This document shows positions 36,942-42,754 of a DNA stretch of 42,754 nucleotides, in pieces. Both the position numbers and the translations under genes were made by a program. The notes beneath the pieces are model-generated. The model ran no database searches. It saw only the letters and a program-made list of their open reading frames with translations, and was not told the DNA's origin. Every line of letters starts with the position of its first letter. Position 1 is the stretch's first letter. The stretch comes from a virus (lineage: Duplodnaviria > Caudoviricetes). The stretch covers positions 1-42,754 of IMG/VR virus record IMGVR_UViG_3300042291_000463; one strand, 5' to 3'.

Positions 36942-39380
36942 ATGGGTAAAACAATAGAAGAACTATTTAGGACCAAGGTATTAAGTGATGGTAATACGGC
37001 TGAAACGAAATATGATATTCGTAATAGTAAAGATTTGCCCATCACAACACCGGTGGGTGCATTAGGTCTGTCATTTAAAGCGGCAACTGCAATTAGACAA
37101 AAGATATCAACAACTAAGGGAGAAAGTAGAATTGAAGAAGAAACAAGTGGATTGAGAATCTTAAATACACTATCAGCGCCAATAACATATGGTACTGATA
37201 TATTTAGATTTCAAAAGAAATCCACTAGACTTGTTGAAATAATGAAGGATAGTGTTAATACAAATAATTCTCAAGATGCAGGTATTGTTGGCAATCTTCT
37301 TAAAAAAGCAGAAAACTTTGGATTAAATATTGCAAGTAAATTGGGTATTGCATTTCCTGAATCAACTATACCAACAAAGATTTCGTTAAACTCAGATTTC
37401 AAATCAGGCAAAGAGCCTGATACTATGATTACTCTTGCTAAAATAAAAGGAGATTCAAAAGGTAATTTAGTTGGACAACTTTTAAAAAATAATGCAAAAG
37501 GAACTCCAAAACAAATTGGCAACCAAATATTAGGAGCTGGGATAGATTTACTTAAAGGAGAAATAAAGAAAAAATTATTTGGAGCACCTAAACAGGGTGC
37601 ACAAAATTTAGCAGGTAAAAGTGCAACCGAAGTACAATATGATAGTTCGGGTAAATACTCAGATACAGTAAATGCATCGGATGAAGATATCTATAAAAGA
37701 AATGATTTATCGAGTATTCATTTTGAAAAAATAAATGGTAAAAAGCAAACGCAAGCAAATGCGGTAAATAAGTTTTTAGAAAATAGTAAATTAAAAATAA
37801 CTCCAAAAGATTTACCAATACCTACTCCGAATTTAGGGGGGAAACTAAATTTAGACACATCTAGATTTAATATAGGTGGTAAAATTTCTTCTATAACGGA
37901 TTCTGTAACAAATAAATTATCTTCGGCTAGAAAGGAAGGTCAAACTTTAATATCAAGCGGAAAGTTAAAAATCGGAGATATAAACCCAGCAGTTCCACCT
38001 GAACAAGCATCTACACCAATTATGTATTCAGACACGGTTGATGAGGCACAGACTGATATTACATTAAGACATGATTTATCTTCCAAATTAGATGCCTTAA
38101 ATGCAGCGACTACAAAAATGAATACAAGTGAAACAGCAGCGGAAAGACAAGCGGTTACTATTAACACTTATTCATCTAGGAAAGATGGACAGACACCTAA
38201 AGTAAGTTTAAAATCAAAATATGGTATTGATAGTAATGGTCAATCTGATTTTGTAAATGAAAAAACTCAATATAAAGGTGATACATTAAAAATAGGAGCC
38301 GATACATTGGATGATTATGATTTTATAACTTTAAAATTTACATCAATCGGCAAAGGGCGATCTGTAAATTTTAGAGCAACTCTATCTGGTATTACTGAAA
38401 CCACAACGCCAAGTTGGGATTCAGCTAAATTTATTGGTTCACCATTTCCATATTGGACTTATACTGGTATAGAAAGAAGTGTATCTTTTAATTTTAAAGT
38501 ATATTCAACTACGCCATTACAGCATATAGCGGCTTGGCAACGATTAAACTTTTTAACATCACTGGCATATCCACAAGGATATAACGGCGATATAGCTGTT
38601 GTGGCACCGTTTATTAGGATTACTATTGGTAATTTATATAAAAATAAAACATGTTTTATTTCACAACTTTCATATACAGTTGATGATAATGGTACTTGGG
38701 AAGTTGGGCCTATTGGAATTGATGATAAGGCTAAGTTTGAAATAAATGGTGAATCGACTACAATAGATAATTATAAATTACCTAAAATCATAGATGTGAG
38801 TGTAACATTAAACTTAATAGAATCTAGAGGTAATACGGAAGCCGGATATTTGTATGGATTTGATAAATTACCAAGACAAGTTTATAAAGGAAAAGATAAA
38901 GATGGTAAAGAAACAACTAGAATATTAAGTAGCGAAACCGCAATTCCTAAAGCTGAAGCTGCGACCGATGCGAATTCAAAAACAAGTACCGCACAAGCGG
39001 CCGCCCCGGCAAATACAACACTTCCAAAAGCGGATACTGTATCGGTGGCTGCAAAAGTAAATAATCCGGCACAAGCAACCACACCGGCTCAAACAAATAC
39101 TCCCGCTATTGAAAACTCGGCTGGAGTGGATGTACCAGCGCCACCTAGATATATGGTTAGGGCACGATTAAATGACAATTCGACTAAGCTTACTGGAAGA
39201 ATTGCAGCAAATGGGAGAATAGAGTATGATGAAGATTACCCATTAAATTTTACTTATACATATAATGGTCAACAGTGGAGCGGTGTTGATGCGGTTAAAT
39301 TAAAATTAATAGATGATTGTAGAAAGGGATGGACCGCAAGAAATGGTAAATATTGGGCAAAGAGTGAAAATATAAGTTAA
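36942..39380 (+). CDS. Putative baseplate / tail-tube initiator protein
   Basis: Central FRATLSGITETTTPSWDSAKFIG..YTGIERSVSFNFKV..LTSLAYP..PFIRITIGNLY domain (tube-like fold), directly after the tape measure gene. Confidence 0.65.
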   Translation: MGKTIEELFRTKVLSDGNTAETKYDIRNSKDLPITTPVGALGLSFKAATAIRQKISTTKGESRIEEETSGLRILNTLSAPITYGTDIFRFQKKSTRLVEIMKDSVNTNNSQDAGIVGNLLKKAENFGLNIASKLGIAFPESTIPTKISLNSDFKSGKEPDTMITLAKIKGDSKGNLVGQLLKNNAKGTPKQIGNQILGAGIDLLKGEIKKKLFGAPKQGAQNLAGKSATEVQYDSSGKYSDTVNASDEDIYKRNDLSSIHFEKINGKKQTQANAVNKFLENSKLKITPKDLPIPTPNLGGKLNLDTSRFNIGGKISSITDSVTNKLSSARKEGQTLISSGKLKIGDINPAVPPEQASTPIMYSDTVDEAQTDITLRHDLSSKLDALNAATTKMNTSETAAERQAVTINTYSSRKDGQTPKVSLKSKYGIDSNGQSDFVNEKTQYKGDTLKIGADTLDDYDFITLKFTSIGKGRSVNFRATLSGITETTTPSWDSAKFIGSPFPYWTYTGIERSVSFNFKVYSTTPLQHIAAWQRLNFLTSLAYPQGYNGDIAVVAPFIRITIGNLYKNKTCFISQLSYTVDDNGTWEVGPIGIDDKAKFEINGESTTIDNYKLPKIIDVSVTLNLIESRGNTEAGYLYGFDKLPRQVYKGKDKDGKETTRILSSETAIPKAEAATDANSKTSTAQAAAPANTTLPKADTVSVAAKVNNPAQATTPAQTNTPAIENSAGVDVPAPPRYMVRARLNDNSTKLTGRIAANGRIEYDEDYPLNFTYTYNGQQWSGVDAVKLKLIDDCRKGWTARNGKYWAKSENIS

Positions 39381-39384
39381 GCGT

Positions 39385-39675
39385 ATGGAAAGTAGATATT
39401 ATAATTTAGAAACTAAAAAAACTCACGATGGTAGAACGGTGTATAGACCAAAAATATATCCTAATATTCCATTGAGAGATGATGATGTATATGTAATGAC
39501 CGAATTGGGTGATAGATTGGATACGTTAGCATTTCAATATTACGAAGACCCAACTCTTTGGTGGATTATAGCATCTGCAAATAATATACATGATGCTCCT
39601 CTAGGATTTCCAGAAGCAACCGTATTAAGAATTCCGTTAAACTATATAGCGATAGTAACTGATTTCACAAAATAA
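39385..39675 (+). CDS. LysM-domain baseplate protein (P2 gpX / T4 gp53-like)
   Basis: GDRLDTLAFQYYEDPTLWWIIASANNI...LRIP. Confidence 0.85.
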   Translation: MESRYYNLETKKTHDGRTVYRPKIYPNIPLRDDDVYVMTELGDRLDTLAFQYYEDPTLWWIIASANNIHDAPLGFPEATVLRIPLNYIAIVTDFTK

Positions 39676-39688
39676 TTAAATAAAGTTT

Positions 39689-42010
39689 ATGTCAGCATTT
39701 CCAAATTTCTCAAATATTGCAGATTACGTTCAAAACGAACTAGCTCTTAGAAAAGGGGATATTTATAAAGTATCCAACTTAAATGCTTGGGTTAGAGTTG
39801 CATCCGGTGTAGGTGGCGGCTGTCAAATACTATCAAATCCAAATTGGGATTTATTTGCAAACTACCCATCTATATATGGTAGTGGTACTATGAGTGGTAC
39901 AATAGGGCTTACTTGGTCTAATAATTATATTATTGCCAGTGGTGAGTTTCATGGATTTAGACCTAAACCAAATATAACATCAATTGAAATAGACGAAGGT
40001 GCTGGTGCACTTTCTAGAAAAGCAACATTTTCAATAACCTGCTATACAAGAGCACAATTAGATACTGTGTGTAAATACTATTTAGAACCTGGATATACAA
40101 TATTTTTAGAATGGGGATGGAACACTGCAAACGGTGTATCCGGATATACTAAAGAATTAAATGGTGATAGTGTTGGTCAATTTCAATCATTTGATGCGGT
40201 TAATGAAAAACGTAAATCAGCTGGTGGTCATTATGATAATTATTTGGGATTTATAACAGGTGGAAGCGTTGCTATGAGTGGACAAGAATGGACAGTGACT
40301 GTAAAATGTACGGGATTTACAGAACTACCAGCATTTCTTATGGCAGCGGATAACGTTGAACCGGCTAATGGTGAAACCACAACTACGAAAACTTATGAAT
40401 CATATGAAATAGATTTTGAAGCAGATTTTGGTAAACAGAGATTTAAGCAAGCATTTAATAGATTGGCAACAAATAAACAAAGTGTTGATGTTGCTGATAC
40501 TTTAATACAAGATGTTATTACTGCATCTCCTTTGAATTTTATAAATGTTGATGAAAATGTAAAAGCTAAAATGAACAGCCAATTATCGGGGACTAGTTTT
40601 TTAGGTTTTAAATTTGGAGGAGGGGCCAAGACAAAAGATGAAGGAAAAACCGCAACCGGTAAAAAATCAACAACGTCAAAAACTGTGGAGATTCCAGACG
40701 GTACGGAATTAATTGGTGATGCGGGATTTATAAAGTTTTCGGCATTATCTGAAATTTTGAGTAGAATTGGATTTCAGGCATTTAAAGTAGGTCCTAAAAT
40801 AGTTAGTGTAAGGGTAAATACAAAAAATACCGTATGTAGTGCATTTCCAAAAATATTTAGTACCGATAAAAGTAAACTATTTATACCAAACCCAAACACC
40901 CCTAAATTTTCATTACTCCAAGCATCAGAAGGGATTACTCAAAAAGATTTTACTAACATTATTAATAATTCAATATCATATGAACAAAAAAAAGTATTAT
41001 TCCCATACGATAAAGATATAAAATTCGGTAATGTTGAAGGCAAAGGGCAGATACAATATGGGAAAGATACAACTATTGAACGAATAAATAAAGATGCATT
41101 AACGTATGGGTTTTTAGATGACCTTTATATAAATATGGAATTTGTTAAAGGTATTATGGAAACAAAGAATTTTTCTATAAAAGATGCGTTATACCAACTA
41201 TTGAATGGAATATCTTCTGCAGCAGGGGGTATTTGGGATTTTCAAATTCAAGAACAAAGTGCTCCTGAAGATACTACCGAGTTGGTTGTAGTTGATATGA
41301 ACATGGCACCACAATCTTCCACAACGCCATATCAATTTTCATTATCCGGTGTACAATCCGTTTTTATGGATGCGGCATTGGATTTAGATATTAGTGGTGC
41401 AAAGATGAATCAGATAATTGGAAACCGATTAGGACAAAAAGTTAATGGAAGTCAAACTGATATAAAAAGTAAGAAAAAAGGTCTTTTTTCTGATTCGGAT
41501 GATTTGGTTTTAAAAAGTATAGAAGCTAAACGTGGTGAACCAAATGATGCTACACCAGTTTTAAAAAATAAAAGTAAAGACGAGATTAAAAAAGATAAAG
41601 AAGCAGCTGCTGAGAAAGCCAAAGAAAAGGCAATGCAGATGTTTTTAAGTAAAATTGGATACGCACCAAAAATTGAGTTAAAAGACAATTCTGATTTTAC
41701 GAAACCACTTGAGGAAATGACTTACATTACGGCATATAATGACCAATTGGTATTTGAGGCATTGAAAAATGGACATGATAAAGTAAGTGAACAAAATGGA
41801 GTATCCGCATTGATGCCAATTAAATTTAGTTTTACGATGCATGGTATTAGCGGTATTAAAAGGGGCGATAAATTTACAGTAAGTGGAATTCCAAAAGCGT
41901 ATGAAGAAACGGGATTCTTTCAAGTAACATCCGTAAAACATACAATTACAGATATGCTTTGGAAAACCGAAATAACAGGTGGGTTTAGATTAAATAAACC
42001 TAAAGCATAA
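39689..42010 (+). CDS. Putative baseplate hub protein
   Basis: 773 aa after the LysM gene, with PNITSIEI..RKATFSITCY..LEPGYTIFLEWGW and C-terminal FSFTMHGISGI..GD.F..FQVTSVKHTI..WKTEITG (gp27/gpD-like end). Confidence 0.65.
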   Translation: MSAFPNFSNIADYVQNELALRKGDIYKVSNLNAWVRVASGVGGGCQILSNPNWDLFANYPSIYGSGTMSGTIGLTWSNNYIIASGEFHGFRPKPNITSIEIDEGAGALSRKATFSITCYTRAQLDTVCKYYLEPGYTIFLEWGWNTANGVSGYTKELNGDSVGQFQSFDAVNEKRKSAGGHYDNYLGFITGGSVAMSGQEWTVTVKCTGFTELPAFLMAADNVEPANGETTTTKTYESYEIDFEADFGKQRFKQAFNRLATNKQSVDVADTLIQDVITASPLNFINVDENVKAKMNSQLSGTSFLGFKFGGGAKTKDEGKTATGKKSTTSKTVEIPDGTELIGDAGFIKFSALSEILSRIGFQAFKVGPKIVSVRVNTKNTVCSAFPKIFSTDKSKLFIPNPNTPKFSLLQASEGITQKDFTNIINNSISYEQKKVLFPYDKDIKFGNVEGKGQIQYGKDTTIERINKDALTYGFLDDLYINMEFVKGIMETKNFSIKDALYQLLNGISSAAGGIWDFQIQEQSAPEDTTELVVVDMNMAPQSSTTPYQFSLSGVQSVFMDAALDLDISGAKMNQIIGNRLGQKVNGSQTDIKSKKKGLFSDSDDLVLKSIEAKRGEPNDATPVLKNKSKDEIKKDKEAAAEKAKEKAMQMFLSKIGYAPKIELKDNSDFTKPLEEMTYITAYNDQLVFEALKNGHDKVSEQNGVSALMPIKFSFTMHGISGIKRGDKFTVSGIPKAYEETGFFQVTSVKHTITDMLWKTEITGGFRLNKPKA

Positions 42011-42014
42011 TAAA

Positions 42015-42389
42015 ATGAATATAGATAGATACAGTGAAATATCAAATAATGGTAGTACTTTTGATGAAAAGGTAATATCCGCTCATATACCAACACCAAC
42101 TGAATTGGATTATAATAGAGGCTATATTGTGCGATATTTTATTCAAAAAGCAAATGATTCAAAATCTAGAATAGTTGAAGTGGATTATATTGGGTATAAA
42201 AAATTTGTAGGAGATGTGTTTTATACCGCAGCTACCTTAGATTGGAAAATAAAGGGAAACGATGCGGAAATAACTGAGTGTAATTTTAAATCAATAAAGA
42301 CCGTTATTAATAAAATACCATTAATACAATCATATCTTCCTAATTTAAAGCAATTTAAAAAGAAAACCGATTTGGTAGTTTCGGAATAA
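42015..42389 (+). CDS. Hypothetical phage protein
   Basis: 124 aa, PTPTELDYNRGYIVRYF motif, tightly packed in the operon. Confidence 0.7.
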   Translation: MNIDRYSEISNNGSTFDEKVISAHIPTPTELDYNRGYIVRYFIQKANDSKSRIVEVDYIGYKKFVGDVFYTAATLDWKIKGNDAEITECNFKSIKTVINKIPLIQSYLPNLKQFKKKTDLVVSE

Positions 42390-42402
42390 TTTCGTATATT
42401 TA
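42371..42402 (+). promoter_or_regulatory. Bacteroidota-type sigma70 promoter for tmRNA
   Basis: TTTG (42371-74), 20-nt spacer, TATATTTA (42395-402). This matches the -33 TTTG / -7 TAnnTTTG consensus except for the last base. Confidence 0.6.
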
Positions 42403-42413
42403 CATAATCATAT

Positions 42414-42754
42414 GGGGATGCCATGGAATTGATTGCAATGAGAATGGTAGTACCACACGTAGACCGAAGTACTAGATGTCTTTAAATCTGTACAAAACAA
42501 TAACTGACGAAATGTCAACTATGACCTTTGATTCTATGATGGAATTCATTGGGGCTTCTGAGTACGCATACGCTGCTTAGTTCATTCCGCATCACTCGTG
42601 GAACATTTAAATAGAAGTGAACAAAAAGGAGCTCTACCTATCGGCTCTTAAAAACTGATAGGTTGGTGGAAAGCTGTACTAACCATACGGCCCCAATTAT
42701 TTTGGAAAGTGAATAAGATTAAACTTTACCTAAACGTGTGATATGCTGGTATTA
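42414..42754 (+). ncRNA. ssrA: tmRNA (3' end beyond the window)
   Basis: 5' GGGGATG..GGAATTGA start. Helix-2 pairing of CACACGT (42454-60) with ACGTGTG (42734-40) and TAGTACC with GGTATTA. PK1-like AGAC/GTCT and GTACTAGAT/ATCTGTAC. ATAACT|GAC resume context and a tag ORF at 42506-42580 ending YAYAA-stop. Confidence 0.9.

Noticed and set aside
30112-42010. Bacterial contractile injection system or tailocin instead of a phage
   Set aside because: Giant fibres, an S74 chaperone, a long tape measure, the absence of host-like genes and dense single-strand packing fit a large phage better. Head genes are not in the window, so this is not formally excluded.
42414-42490. tRNA gene
   Set aside because: No anticodon arm or nearby T-arm. 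The features fit the 5' part of a tmRNA.

Overview
This AT-rich window is the virion-morphogenesis region of a large contractile-tailed (myovirus-type) phage, with all real genes on the + strand. The host is probably Bacteroidota, inferred from A-rich ribosome-binding regions without Shine-Dalgarno motifs, TAnnTTT(A/G)-type promoter motifs and the tmRNA resume context. Gene order: (1) a 5'-truncated giant repeat protein of at least 2626 aa, with 15 helical CxRD repeats resembling the bilin-binding segment of phycobiliproteins plus nested beta-domains; (2) an adaptor-like gene; (3) a 3464-aa fibre with about 23 SGSxTAS repeats, two type-1 (blue) copper-like domains and about 1060 aa of nearly Pro-free Gly-Thr-Ser triplets; (4) an LRR/PKD-like protein, a tail-fibre chaperone and two small adaptor genes; (5) a 2728-aa modular tail fibre with 157 Gly-X-Y triplets and a C-terminal S74 chaperone; (6) tail sheath, tail tube, a tail assembly chaperone with a likely +1 frameshift, tape measure, baseplate and LysM genes; (7) a phage tmRNA cut off by the window end. 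The long minus-strand and alternative-frame ORFs are shadows of the repeats. All family assignments come from visual motif recognition, not database searches.
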